Notes under the pieces: model-generated
What the model was told of the DNA's origin: nothing
The model's input: only the letters and a program-made list of their open reading frames with translations
Databases searched by the model: none
Shown here: positions 11,404 through 24,230 of the stretch, one piece after another
Layout of the letters: each line of letters begins with the position of its first letter
How positions within the stretch are numbered: position 1 is the first letter of the stretch
Translations under genes and position numbers: made by a program
NCBI RefSeq assembly: GCF_021869535.1
Contig: NW_026262679.1
Location: forward strand, 59,582,001-59,646,000
Direction of reading: 5' to 3'
Origin: Mytilus californianus
Taxonomy: Eukaryota
DNA: 64,000 nucleotides

Positions 11404-13710
11404 TGGCATACGCACGGACAATACGATTGCAATTTGGGCTAAAAGTATATCACAGAGGACAACTTTATAAGATTATAGACCACCACAGACAAGAACACTC
11501 TGTAGTTCAATATGTGATTCAATCTTTGTCACCTGGACAGACCAACAGGGTATTTAGCCATGAAATTTACAATGCATCTGTCAATTCAATGTTTAATCGC
11601 CTAACAGAAGAAATCATATTCCAGTTTGAGCATGAGAGTTCACAATCAGATGATGAACTATCATCCATAACTTTGACTAAAGATGTACCAGAAGCAGTGT
11701 TAGAACCAAAACCATCCACAAAAAATCCAAGGTTCAAAGAAAAGCCAAGCAGAGAGCACATATATATGTTGTCTCAAGCTAGAGTTGAACAGACTACTAA
11801 GCAACAAAAAAGGAATGCGCCTTTTCAGGGGTAAATAAAATTCAAATACACAACAATATACTTAATAAAAGATTTTTAAAATAACAATATAAATAAGAAG
11901 ATGTGGTATGAGTGCCAAACATGTAAATTGACAAGTGACATGTGGACACAAATCAAAATAAAACCATGATAAATACAAATACGGGATACTTAAATCCCAT
12001 TCTAATCAATCAAATTCAACTTATTCATTTAAATGCTGTTAAAAGGAAAGTGAAGTACAGGTAACTAAGACTGTAGTACTGAAATGGCAAAATTGCTACA
12101 TAAATAATAAAATGGATTGACGCTAACAGGGAATCGAACACCATTCTCATATTAAAAAAAGGCGTTAGTACCAATATACCACCAATGTTTCTAATCCATT
12201 TACAAATGCAACAAGATCGTCACTCAGTTTATATTTTCATCGTCACGGAAAAAAAACCCATATTTTATGAACTGACAATGTATGCATGTTGTGTGTATAC
12301 TACAACTAGACTATTCAGAAAGCTCAACATGTTGATGAAAATTGTGAATTTCAGACAATGAGCCAATGACGTAATAAATTTGTTAATCTTAATCCTCTGA
12401 TGACACAAAAAATGACATGAATCAAATTCCATGGAAACATATTGTTGACCTCATAAATAAGGTTTTACACATCTACTTTAGCTGCCAGTATGTAAATAAC
12501 AAGACAATACTTAATAAACACTAAATTGTACTTGTACAATGTACATGTATGCCGGTGATGTTTAAGGGGAAGACAAAATTGCCACATTATTCACATTAAT
12601 AAGACCATTATTTTCTAATTTATTAGCTTACGTATTTCCGACCTGAATATGTTTGTGTATAAGTATTTTAAGTTGACAAAGTTTGAAAGTCACTTGTACA
12701 TGTATCAACCTAATATTGAGCGAACATTAATTTTGAAGAGACCATTCAAACTGCAAAATATTATGATACCAATATACGGTTAAAAAGTTAAAGATTGATA
12801 ATATTTTTTTTGAGATGAAGTCCACGGGTCGCCAAGAATAAAAATAAGCATGAAATTCCAAATTCATTTTTCTGAAAGTGCTGAAAAAATCTGGTCGGCA
12901 AATCTGTAAACTGATAAAATAAAGAATACTGGCCTAAAAACATCATATTCATTTCCGAATATGTAGTAGACAAAAAACAGATATGATGATAAATTTGAGG
13001 AACTTGAAAGCTCAACATTAAATGACAAATAATGCTATTTCTATCCAAGCCTGCAAACAAATAAAGAGACAGACTATTCGAAATCTGCATAGTTGGCATG
13101 CGAGCAGCAATATCGCGTCATCTTACCAGTCCACCATTTAATCGTAAATGTTAACTTGATGAACGATAACTCATACATGACGTCTAATCATGTAAAAACC
13201 TTAAACAAAGATGTTATGGTGCACAAAAAATCATGTAGCTGAAGGCGACATACAGCGGTAGTAATCAAGTGTTTTTTTTTAACACGGATACACCAGTTAC
13301 AATTCAAAATAAAGTTTTCTGGGACCTGATGTTAAATTTTGGTAGACGAGGACAGGAGGGGCTAAAGAGCTTGAAAAAGTCATCTTTCGGTAAACTCACA
13401 GATGAAAAGGGTAACACTTACTACACAATGACCTATAACGAGGCCAATAAAACACACCACAAAGTAGATTCAGACAAGAGGTCCGTGTGTATTAAAAATG
13501 AGAAGATATTAACTGTCCAGTTGCAAGCTTGAATTTCTATTTATCTAAATTAATCAGTCCTAAATGTAATGCATTGTTTCAGCAGCCATTGCTTTATCCA
13601 AAACCAAAATATTGGTATGCTTATAAAGCAATTTGGAAAAAAACTAAATGAGAATGTAAAGATATGTTTCCGGAAATAACAAATAAGTGTATCAAAGCAC
13701 TTTATTTGAC
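11404..13710 (+). mobile_element. Decayed Crypton-type (tyrosine recombinase, DUF3504/KCTD1-like) transposon gene, two exons
   Basis: Exon 1 ORF ends ...PRFKEKPSREHIYMLSQARVEQTTKQ, then after a frameshift GMRLFR G|gtaaat at ~11829. Exon 2 fragments read KFEELESSTLNDK*CYFYPSLQTNKETDYSKSA, VGMRAAISRHLTSPPFNR, NTDTPVTIQNKVFWDLMLNFGRRGQEGLKSLKKSSF, LFQQP...WY and TNKCIKA. Multiple stops and frameshifts. Confidence 0.8.
12118..12188 (-). pseudogene. tRNA-like relic (resembles tRNA-Gly) in the Crypton intron
   Basis: The reverse complement ACATTGGTGGTATATTGG...GGTGTTCGATTCCC has A-box- and B-box-like segments. It contains an internal T7 run and a broken acceptor stem. Confidence 0.3.
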
Positions 13711-13896
13711 TAAAAACATATTAAAAAGAGTAATTAAATCTGTTATCTGCCTTTGAAAGATTAAAAAGAACTGCAACTGAAAAAACAGAAGAAAAGCAAA
13801 GTACATATTAAAAACATGTCTGCAAGAAAACACTAAGTTTTTTTTTTATCGAGTTGGAATAATAGTTCATATAAAAGTACCACCAACACAACGAAA

Positions 13897-14141
13897 TTAC
13901 TTTGGTTTCAGATATAAGTCTTTGGTTAGCATATGATAGATGACGGCTGCGGATTTTGTCTTATCATATTCTTTGACACTTTCAGACTTTGCTACTAATT
14001 CTCGAGCCATTTTCCCACATACTCTGGTTAAAATCTGAAGAAAATCTTGTTCGTAGTTGGTATCTAATAATTTCTCAAATACGTGAAACAGACAGTACAT
14101 GAGCCATCCTCCTTTACTTGGATCGGATATACCCAGTCTGC
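13897..14141 (-). CDS. Caspase-3/7-like protease, coding exon 4 (p10 C-terminus, stop)
   Basis: Acceptor tttacag| at 14141, phase 1. Encodes (G)RLGISDPSKGGWLMYCLFHVF...DFLQILTRVCGKMA...HMLTKDLYLKPK*, matching the caspase 'GSWFI...DLL.ILTRV...SMLTK.LYF' pattern. The four exons total 993 nt, or 330 aa plus stop. Confidence 0.9.
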
Positions 14142-14556
14142 CTGTAAACAAATAATATATACAAAAATAGTAGATGTACATAAAAGCATGTAAATAAATT
14201 AGTGGGTACCCGAAGGGTCAAAACCAGCTATAAAATTCGCAGTGAAATCAACTTTAGTATCAAAAGTAAATATTTGATGACAAAATATGTGTAGCTATCT
14301 GACAAATACAACATAAACAAGTGAATCGACTATCATATTTTTGTAAAACATAAATTAAACCAATTTTTGTAAAGATTGAAAAGTAAACTAATTTGATGTA
14401 CAGAAATGTGTCTTTATGCTTGGCACAGACTTTGCTTTTTGCAAAGATTACGCGTGATATGGGCACATTATGTAATCATGTTTAATAATATAAACTATGT
14501 TTGACATGGTGTTCATAAAAGATTAACATTAGTAAATTTTTACTTGCTATACATAC

Positions 14557-14731
14557 CAGAGGAACAGGTAAACATAACCAAAAAATCCTCATCACATGGT
14601 ATTTGGAAAACAGATTCTTCGTTCATATTCTCTGTAGATGAAACTGCATTGCATTTTGCAGATTTATCTTGAATATCAAATCCTTTGTCAATATCACTAG
14701 TCTTTGAAACACCACCAACACATCGACATGC
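14557..14731 (-). CDS. Caspase-3/7-like protease, coding exon 3 (catalytic Cys, ACRC..., intersubunit linker, IPCDEDFL)
   Basis: 175 nt flanked by ttttcatag| and TCTG|gtatgt. Not in the ORF track in this frame. Manual translation gives ACRCVGGVSKTSDIDKGFDIQDKSAKCNAVSSTENMNEESVFQIPCDEDFLVMFTCSS(G), which completes Q|ACRC across the splice. Confidence 0.9.
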
Positions 14732-16929
14732 CTATGAAAAAAAAATTTAGGAGGAAGATTTAATTCATTGTTGTCGCTATCTATGGTTAAAATGTTTAAG
14801 AAATTGACTGGTCGCAAAAGGGAAAAGGGAAAAGCTGAGCCTACCAGAATAATCAAAGAACATTTTTTTAATACACTTCTTTAGGGTTAAGTCCATAATA
14901 AGTAATAACATGACAATCTTGTTTATTATTCCTTCCGACGATATTATTTCTAATGATGGATATTTAAAGAAAACGCATAATATCTAAAAATTTAGAATAG
15001 AATACTAAGAAAAATGGGTAAAAAATTCTACTCTACGTTCACAATTTACCTAATAAGATCTATAAAAATACAATTCAATAGACTGCATCAGTTATATACT
15101 TTTGTATGTAAAATTTGTTCATCTAATATATTATGCTTGTAAATTCCATTTGCGAATTTAGAAGAGAGGAATGATTTACAAAATATTTTCAATCGACATC
15201 TCTTTACCCTATAAGTAGACGTACAATATACTTGTAGGGATATTCTATATATAAAAATAAATCATTTTCAGTTTGACATTTTTAACATCCAACTTGACAA
15301 TTTTAAGTTCCAACTTGATTGTTCTCAGTTACTAATATGCAAAGTAGTATTTAAATTCCCTAGGAACAAAGTTCAGGACAACTATTTTTTATCTATATGG
15401 TTTACTTTGGCAGTTGCTAGTAAAACTAATGTTAAAATGTTTATGGTCATCAACATTTATATATAGTCTTTAACATATATCAATTCGGATGTTGGAGGTC
15501 CTTCGAGAAATTAAATATCATATACATATATTCGTTATATTCTATTAAAATTTAAAAACAAGCATTTTTGTTTAGGGGCCAGCTTTTCTCGCTGTGTTGA
15601 AGACCCATTGGTGGCCTTCGGCTGTTTTCTGCGCTTCGGTCGGGTTGTTATCTCTATGACACATTCCCCATTTCCATTCTCAATTTTATTTGCATTGCAC
15701 ATGATCATGTTGTTCTCTGACTGTTAATGACGCCTTTATACTCAATCCATTGGATGTTGAATGTGAACTGATTGACATTTTAGTCTTAGACACATGCTTT
15801 TGTATTATTTGTTATTTGGCTTTGAACTAGCTCTCAGTATTTGCAAGTACTCTGAGATATGTAATTTGTGTTTTTTTGTGAGGGTTTTAATGTGCTTTGT
15901 ATCGATCTGACGAGTTTAGCCCTTTCCATTGAGTTTTATAGTTTGTTCTTATGTTGTTCTGTTACACCACTGTCCCGGTTTAGGGGAGGGTTTGACGACA
16001 GCAAACATGTTAAATCCCGGCACTTTCTGTATGTGTCTGTCTCAAGTCAGGAGCCTGTAATGTCGAGGTTGTCGTTTGTTGTTATATATTATGTTTGTTT
16101 TTCGTGTATTGTTTTGTACATAATTCAGGCCGTGAGTTTTCTATAGTGTGAATTGTTTTACATTTGTCAATTCGGGGCCTTTTATAGCTTACTATGCGGT
16201 ATTGGATTTGCTCATTGTTGAAGGCTGTAAAGTGACCTCTAGTCTTTAACTCCTATGTCATTTGGTCTCTGCTGGAGAGTTGTCTCATTGGCAATCATAC
16301 CACATCTTCTTGTTTTTATATTTAACCAATTATTTAAAGTTTCTGAATAATTTTAATATCCTATCTGTATCTGTAATATTATGGAATATATGAATAGCCT
16401 ATCATAAGCAATAAGTCTTATTAAACATTGAATTAGCTACATCAGTATAAACGTTTGAGACAAAAGTCCAATATATGAGCCTTGGGTTACACCCACATTC
16501 AATGTTCCAAGTGTTGACTCTGAATTTTTAGAAGAATGTTCTGTCTTTAGTTTTCTTTGTTGTGTTTTGTATACTGTCTTTTTGGTCTTTTTCTTTTTCC
16601 GAAATTAAATTAGTTTTTTTGAATAAAGGAAATAGGACGATAATTTTGAAAATAAGCTGTAGAATTCACCATTATCCAGAGGGGGCGGGCCCTTTCCTAT
16701 AACATGGATATTTCGAAGTTCTCAGTGAACAGTTGTTCATATATGTCTATTTGCAATATAGTTTAACATTTGTTGGCGTATTTAATCTTTGACGAGTGCT
16801 TCAGCAAATTGCAGGATTCTTCCTCTGTTTTTTTTCATCAAAATATAAATCTAGACGTAAAATACCATCATCCGAAGAAGTAGATAAATTATAAAAAAAA
16901 TAGAAATTAGCATATCTTCATATTATTGA

Positions 16930-19900
16930 ACGCCACAGCTGTCTTATGTGGAACTCTGATATAACGTTATGTTGTTTTATTATTACTTGATGATATTTTG
17001 TCTTCACATAATATGGTTTTGACATTACGTAATGATGTTTTGATATAACTCAATATGGAATAGTCATTACTTAATGATATTTCGATATTACACGATATGG
17101 TTTCGTATTGACTTGATATAGTTATGTCATTACTTAATATGGTTTTGTCATTACTCAATGTGGTTTCACCATTATTTGATGTTGTTGTGTCATTAGGCAA
17201 TGTGGTTGTAACATTACTTGATGTGTATGTGACGTAACGTTATGTATTTGTTTCATTAAATGATTTGGTTTTATTATTTCGTAATGATGATTTGCCAATT
17301 CTTTATATGGCTTTAACATTACGTAATGATGTTTCAAAATTTGACGATTTTACACTTCATGATGTGTTTGTTTCAGTATTTGATGTGGTCCTATCATTCT
17401 TTGATGTGGTTATCACATTACTTGATGAGGTAAAAACACGTGACCAATTTGGAAAAACTAGTTCTATTTTTAAATAGATTTCCATGTTTCATGTGCCTTG
17501 GATGAGTGTGGCCATCCATCGAGTTAGAGATTAAATAAAGGTTTGGGTTACTGTTCGAGTTAAACTTTGCGTTAGTCTTCGATTTCGAGTTAGAATTCAA
17601 GCCATTATTAGAATTAAAGTTCTAGTTAGCATTGAGTTTCGAGTTGAACTTCGAGTTTGAGTCACATTTAAAGGTAGAGTTCTAGTTACAATTCGACTTC
17701 AACTTTGAATTTGAGTCACCTTTTGAGGTAGAATTTGAGTTAGACTCGAATTTGAGTCTCATATAGATTACGATTTCGAGTTGAAATTCGAGTTATCTAA
17801 TATGAGTTTGTATTTAAATTTTTTATTGCGGATCAAGGGCTTTTGCTCGTGCTTTCGAAAAGAGGGCTCAGGGTTATGCGTACAACAGATAATTATAAAC
17901 AATGTTACAGTATACAAAACACAACATAGAAATTGAAATAAAGTTAGATGTGGTGTGATTGCCAATGAGACAACTATCCATCAGAGTTTAAATGCAGTGG
18001 ATGTAAGCAATCATAGGCAACCGTACAGCCTTCAACACACCGTATAGTAGGCTACAAAAGGCCACCACGTGAAAATGTGAAACAGTTCAAACGAGAAAAC
18101 TAACGGTCTAATTTATAACTAAACAATCAACGAAATACAAATGTGAAACACATGAAACAACGACAACCATTGAACTACAGGCTCCTGACTTGGGGCAGGC
18201 ACATAAAGAAAGTGCACGTGGCGGACTGTAGTGTAACAGCACAGCATAAGAAATAAATGTAAAAAAACAGTTTCAATTGGCTTAAATAAATAGATCGGTA
18301 TGAATGGGTAATATAAATTCATCGGGATGATCTCGGGTGCTCCGGAAGGCACGTGTGGCACCCGTCGTGTTATTCGTGAAGGTAAAAACCCAGTGATTTG
18401 GTTTTATTTGGTAGTTCACATTCGAGGAAAAGATGACGGGATTGTGGTACGACAACTGGAACATATCCGTCGTCATCTGTGAAACAGATATTCAAAAAAG
18501 TTTGTTTTTTTCAATTAGTGGGAGGTATATCAGACAATGCAATTTATAAAAATAAAAGATCGATATTAGTATATGTTCAAATGATCATACACGCTAAAAA
18601 AATCGGAGAATTCTTATTTTATAGATTTGATGCTTTGTCGCTTAGTCCGATCCCCCCCATTTCCCTGTAACTTTAGTGTGAGTTTATTTAAAGTGTCTCA
18701 TTTGTTGACAATAAAGTAAAAGTCTTTTGATTTGTGTCGAGCCTCCGACATTAATGTAGCGGCAGTGAGACACACCAAACCTATATTCCGTCGTCGGTAG
18801 TGGCGTCAGCGTCTTAATCATTTAGATTGTTAGGTTTCTCGTTTGGATTGTTTTTACATTATTCATTTCGGGACCGTTTATAGCTTACTATATGGTATGG
18901 GTTTTGCTCATTGTTGAAGACCATACAGTCATATATAGTTGGTAACTTCTACGTCATTTGGTTTGTTGTTGAGAGTTTTCCTATTGGCAATCATACCACA
19001 TTTTCTTATTTTCATATATATTTTTTTTGCATTAAATATTCCGATTTAAACTGTTTTGACATGATAAATTTGTAAAACTCCATGAATTGTTATAAAACTT
19101 GTATAGGAGTTATTCTTCAAGATCAAGATAAAGCATCTACAGAAAAATATTTTTTTTAAATTTTGTTTTTACCAATAAATGTACCGATAAATGCAACATT
19201 ACGCTTTTACACTGACAGCAGCAATATCAGGCGAAACACAGGGTTCCGTGGGATCTTTTACGAATTTATTATCATACTGCTTCCATTTGAGAACTAGGGG
19301 AAAAACGGCAGGAACAAGTGGTTTGGGGATATTCCCCTTATGTCCGAAATGCTGTTAATTTTTTAGTACTTTTTTTGTTAGTTTTGTCTGCCGTTCCCCT
19401 TTTTCATACCAAATGACTCTGAACAACAACTCGAACTTTAATTTGAACTTTAACTCAATGGATAGCGATACTCATCCAAAGCACATTAAACAAATGACAT
19501 ATGGAAATAGGTTTAAAAATAGAACATATTTTTTTCCGAAATGGTCACGTGGTTTTACCTCATCAAGTAATGTGATAACCACATCAAAAATGACAGGACC
19601 ACATCAAATACTGAAACAAACACATCATGTAGTATAAGATTGTCAAATTTTGAAATATCATTACGAAATAATAAAACCACATCATGTAATGAAACAAATA
19701 CATTACGTTAAGTCACATAGACATCAAGTTATGTCAAAACCGCACTGCCTAATGACACAAACACATTAAATAATGGTGAAACCACATCGAGTAATGACAA
19801 AACCATATTACGTAATGACAAAACTATATCAAGTCAATACGAAACCATATCGTATAATATCGAAATATCATTAAGTAATGACTATTCCATATTGAGTTAT

Positions 19901-20015
19901 ATCAAACCATCATTACGTATTGTCAAAACCATATTATGTGAAGACAAAATATCATCAAGTAATGTTAAAAACAACATAACATATATCAGAGTTCCACTTA
20001 AGACAGCTGTGGCGT
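16930..20015. mobile_element. Foldback-like element with ~600-bp internally repetitive inverted arms (16930-17540 / 19430-20015), in caspase intron 2
   Basis: ACGCCACAGCTGTCTTATGTGGAACTCTGATAT at the left end matches the reverse complement of ATATCAGAGTTCCACTTAAGACAGCTGTGGCGT at the right end. The arms contain degenerate 21-bp periodic subrepeats. No TSD was identified and there is no transposase. Confidence 0.75.
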
Positions 20016-20376
20016 CCCATTATCTGCCTTTTATTTTTTACTAATAGTATTTTGTTGGTTGTTCCTCTAAAAAGATCCATAGAGTTAAGAAAAAAACTTC
20101 TTTGTATAAATGATCAAGTTATTTATCTTATTACAGTAAATGTGTAATTCAATCAAACATGTACGATGCCGATTTTCGCATTTTTATTAAGTCAATCACT
20201 AAGTGGTATCAGTTATCGAATTTAAGAAACTAAACCACGTTTTAGTTAAATTATCGAATTGTGACAATATAAGTAAGTATTGATATGTTGGCCAAATCTA
20301 TATATTTTCTCTTTTCATGGCCAAGTCAAATAGCTGCATTAATGTTTGATATAATAAACATTAAAATATGACATAC

Positions 20377-20582
20377 CTGAATAAAAAACATTTTAGGCTT
20401 TCCAACTAAATTTTTACATTCATCGTCACCAAAGTTGTGTAGTATATCTTCTGTCAACACAGTGCTGTCCTTAGTAAAAATTACGTGTTGTCTCTCGTTG
20501 TTACGTGTGGGAATTTCACAACCATGTGAGCTGATTATACACGTCATACAGTCATGATCCCTGCCTATTGAATTTCTTATAA
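20377..20582 (-). CDS. Caspase-3/7-like protease, coding exon 2 (catalytic His in SHG; ends KPKMFFIQ)
   Basis: 206 nt flanked by ttttgatag| and CAG|gtatgt. Encodes (V)IRNSIGRDHDCMTCIISSHGCE...KNLVGKPKMFFIQ. Phase 1 in and phase 0 out, matching the neighbouring exons. Confidence 0.92.
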
Positions 20583-21539
20583 CTATCAAAAGAAAAGAAT
20601 AATTAAAAGCTACAAGGATACTTGTTTTATTTTACAAATTGCAAGAGTAACCTTAAAAATATGTAAATGCACATCTGATTACCTTCTAACTTTAATACTT
20701 TATTTATGACAACACCAAACATTCCAAAAGAGAATGCATGCATAAAATACAATTCTTTATCAAGTGTACACTCCTGTGTTACTGCATTCAGAAAACTCCT
20801 GTACCAATTCAAAAATACGACAGTTATTTTTCATTCGTTCAGTTGGTTGATATAAGCGAGCGTTTGATTTATTCAGGTTTTATGGACCTCCCCCTTTTCA
20901 ATTTACCCTGGACTTTAGAATTTTTGTTAATATGTGTACCTTTTCACATACGAAACCAAAGCTCTTCTCGGAAACCGGACTTGCAGTACAAATAATGATC
21001 AAGTTGTCTACCTAAATGTTCGGTCAAAGTCGGTCATATGAATGCTTATATATTCGGTTTCAGAAATCAAATAAATATCCTTGGTACAGTTATGATAATT
21101 CAATTTAAAAGTCCACAAACTTGCTGATATTGCATTGTTTGGTATATTCTTAGGGTATCTGAATGGAAAATGTTTGCTGTAGAGTTGTCACATAATAAGA
21201 CGCACAAGACTATAATATATTGATGCTATTATATGCCAAGTATTTAGATTCTTTTTGGCAGTAACAAAACCTGATCTGCAAGGTATTCCATCTGTATGAC
21301 TCTATGCAATTTGCACGTCAATGTGTACTGTGTATGAAGTCGACAAGGAAAATAATCACTCGACTAAGAATTGTGTCGATAGGTATAGGGAACTTGACAT
21401 AGTGCATGCGGATGTGCCATGAAGTCACAGAAACATAATTCTAATCCCAAATGAAGGAATGGAAAGAAGCTACAACAAATTTGTAGATCAAGGATTATTT
21501 GGGTAAAATACAGACTAAGTTTGTTTTTGTTTTTGTTTA

Positions 21540-23200
21540 TGTGTCTTTTTGATCGAGTTAAGCCATTTCAATTGATATTTTATTGTGTGTCTTTTTATGT
21601 TGTAATGTTACACTACTGTTTCAGGTTATGGTGAAGATTGGTGCCTGATAAAACGTTTAAACCCGCTGCATTTGTATGCAACTGTCCTAAGTCAGGAGCC
21701 TGTTGTTCAGTGGTTTTCGTTTGTTGCATTGATGTGGTTCATAAGTGTTTCTCGTTTCTCGTTTTTTATAATATAGATTAGACCGTTGGTTTTCCTGTTT
21801 GAATTTTTACACTAGTCATTTTGGGGCTCTTTATAGCATGCTGTTCGGTGTGAGCCAAGGCTTCGTGTTGAAGGCCGTCCTCTCAGATCTGTACTTAGTG
21901 TCTTTTTGTTGTTTGGATGTACAAGTACCCGGCCACGTCCACTTGTAATTGTAGTATTCGTTCTTATGTTGTACTGTTACACCACTGTCCCAGGTTAGGG
22001 GGAGGGTTGGGATACCGCTAACCTGTTTAACCCCGCCAAATTCTGTATGTATGTGCCTGTCCCAAGTCAGGAGCCTGTAATTCAGTGGTTGTCGTTTGTT
22101 TCGGTTACATATTTGTTTTTCGTTAATTTTTTGGACATACATTAGGCCGTTAGTTTTCTCGTTTGAATTGTTTTACATTGTCATTTCGGGGCCTTTTATA
22201 GCTGACTGTGCGGTATGGGCTTTGCTCATTGTTGAAGGCCGTACGGTGACCTATAGTTGTTAATTTCTGTGTCATTTGGTCTCTTGTTGAGAGTTGTCTC
22301 ATTGGCAATCATACCACATCTTCTTTTTTTATATTTGACCTATAATTGTTTACGTTTTACACATTGTGACTTGGATGGATAGTTGTATCATTTGCACTCA
22401 TACCACATCTTCTTATTTATAAGTATATGTTTTATGTAGTGTTAGTCCTGTGTAATAGTGTTTATATATCTCAATGTATACGTTACGTTCGAGAATGTTA
22501 ACACTATAAAGACTTCATCAAATCTGGTTTGTTGATTGTGTCCTTTTTCCGATTGTGACGTTTTCACGGTTTATGGATTTGCATGGTGGGTGATTCATGC
22601 ATGCGAGTATCTCAGATCTATACTTTGTGTCTTTAGTGTTTTTGTCAGTTGTTTGTTTTGCTTTGTATCGATCTTACGAGTCCAGACCTTTTCAACTGTT
22701 TTTTTATAGTTTGTTCGTATGTTGTGAAGTTACAGTCATAGGTGGTCATAGCACCTTGTAAGATTTACACAAATGAATGATTATATATTCGGTATGAATT
22801 ATCAAATAAATATCCTCATAAAGATGTAAGTATAACACTAAGAGCAATACCCAGTTTAGGGAGAGTGCTGGACGCCCTCGGACATGTTTAACCCCGTCAC
22901 ATTCTTTATCTGCCTGTCCTAAGTTAAGAGCCTGTAATTCAGTGGTTGTCGTTTGTTGTTGTATATTAGATTTGTTTTACGTTCATTGTTTTGTAAATAA
23001 ATCAGGCCGTTAAGTTTCTTGTTTCTTGTTTGAATTGTGTTACATTTGTCATTACGGGGCCTTTTATATCTAGCTATACGGTATAGCTTTTGCTCATTGT
23101 TGAAGGTCGTACGTTGACCAATAGTTGTTTACTTCAATGTCGCTTGGTCTCTGGCTGAGAGTTGTCTCATTGGCAATCATATCACATCTTCTTATTTTCA
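21540..23200 (+). repeat. Cluster of high-copy mussel-type interspersed repeats (ending GAGAGTTGTCTCATTGGCAATCATACCACATCTTCTT)
   Basis: Several nested copies. The same family occurs at ~960-1255, 15840-16320, 17920-18200 (minus), 18830-19015, 26710-26835, 27200-27530, 36945-37200 (minus), 40800-41225 and 56260-56345. The superfamily is not determined. Confidence 0.8.
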
Positions 23201-23716
23201 TAGTTCAGGAGATTAAAATTGACCCCATCCTAAACTCCGAAACATACAATTGTACCAAAACAAAAACACAAAAGACTAACAAAGGCAGAGGATTCTGACT
23301 TGGCACAGGCGCAAAAATGCGGCGGGGTTAAACATATTTTGTGAAATCTAAACCCCCCCCTATACATCTAGCCAATGTGGAATAAGCAAAAACACAGCAA
23401 TACATATAGTAAAACACAGTTTAAAAGAAGTCTGAGTCCAATGTTAGAAGAAGTAACAGTAGAAACCAAGCATAATAACAATGATCAACATAAATTATTA
23501 AAGTACTTCTAGTAGTTACTGACATGTCACCTCCAGACCTCAATAAACTGATCAAAAACTTATGTCTTCATCATATGAAAATCGAACACAATTCCTCCCG
23601 TTAGGGAGTACCATGCCATCATAAAATATACGAGGAAAACATAACCCGTATCATGCCAACAACTGGTTTTAGAATAAATGTGTTTATTTCCGATGCAAAG
23701 ACCCTATGAGTATATC

Positions 23717-24230
23717 AACACGACCCCGCCATCTCAGGTGCTCCGGAAGAGTAAACAGATCCTGACCTACATGTGACACCCGCTTTGTTGCTCATGCTGT
23801 ACAAATCCGGTGGTAAGTCTTATTCGGTAGGTCACATTCGGAGAAAAGGGAACGGGATTGTAGTTACGACAATTGGAACATATCCGTTATCATCTGTGAA
23901 ACGGATATTCCATAACGGTCAACCAACTCGTGATGAGGTCCATAAAATTGACGAATGAATGATTTTAACTTTACCACTTGGAACTCTTGGTTTAATAGCT
24001 TCCTCGTGAGCAGCAACCCTCTATCAAGAATATCATGATAGGAAATACAAGCACTGGAATATCGTATCAACTGGGAGATATATACTCCGTATGCAGGCGC
24101 TGCTGGAATTTGCTACATAGAAATGGAAAGTTTACAATTGTGAAGCTGAAATCATCTCTTTTGTCGTAAATTTTGTTTTCATCCTATCCTCATTGTTTAT
24201 TTCTAGATGTAAGTCAAGAGATGAGACAGA
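23717..24230 (-). mobile_element. Penelope-like retroelement 3' fragment, inverted relative to 24760-25563
   Basis: Reverse complement of ~25050-25563; includes ORF 23864..24070 (IRYSSAC...HHELVDRYGISVSQM). Confidence 0.85.

Larger units (their letters stand above)
9616..15786. repeat. Recent tandem segmental duplication, right (complete) copy A'-C-B'
   Basis: A' 9616-9993, unique block C 9994-12781, B' 12782-15786. Homology with the left copy ends after 'gacattttagtct' (9612/15786). Confidence 0.93.

Noticed and set aside
12788-13099. 103-aa minus ORF (and its twin at 6671..6982)
   Set aside because: Antisense to the Crypton relic, repeated only because of the duplication, with no recognisable motif.
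14623-14856. ORF MIILVGSAFPF... (and its twin at 8449..8682)
   Set aside because: Wrong frame over caspase exon 3; the spliced frame ACRCVGG is the meaningful one.
16967-17200. Heptad-periodic ORF (LSNDKTI-LSNDITI...) and neighbouring N/S-rich ORFs to 17965
   Set aside because: A by-product of the 21-bp and hexamer periodicity in the foldback arm; the mirror arm does not preserve the frame.
21150-21530. Protein-looking stretch in caspase intron 1 (ELDIVHADVP*SHRNIILIPNEGMERSYNKF...)
   Set aside because: Stops in all frames, no motif I can name, and not needed for the caspase frame.
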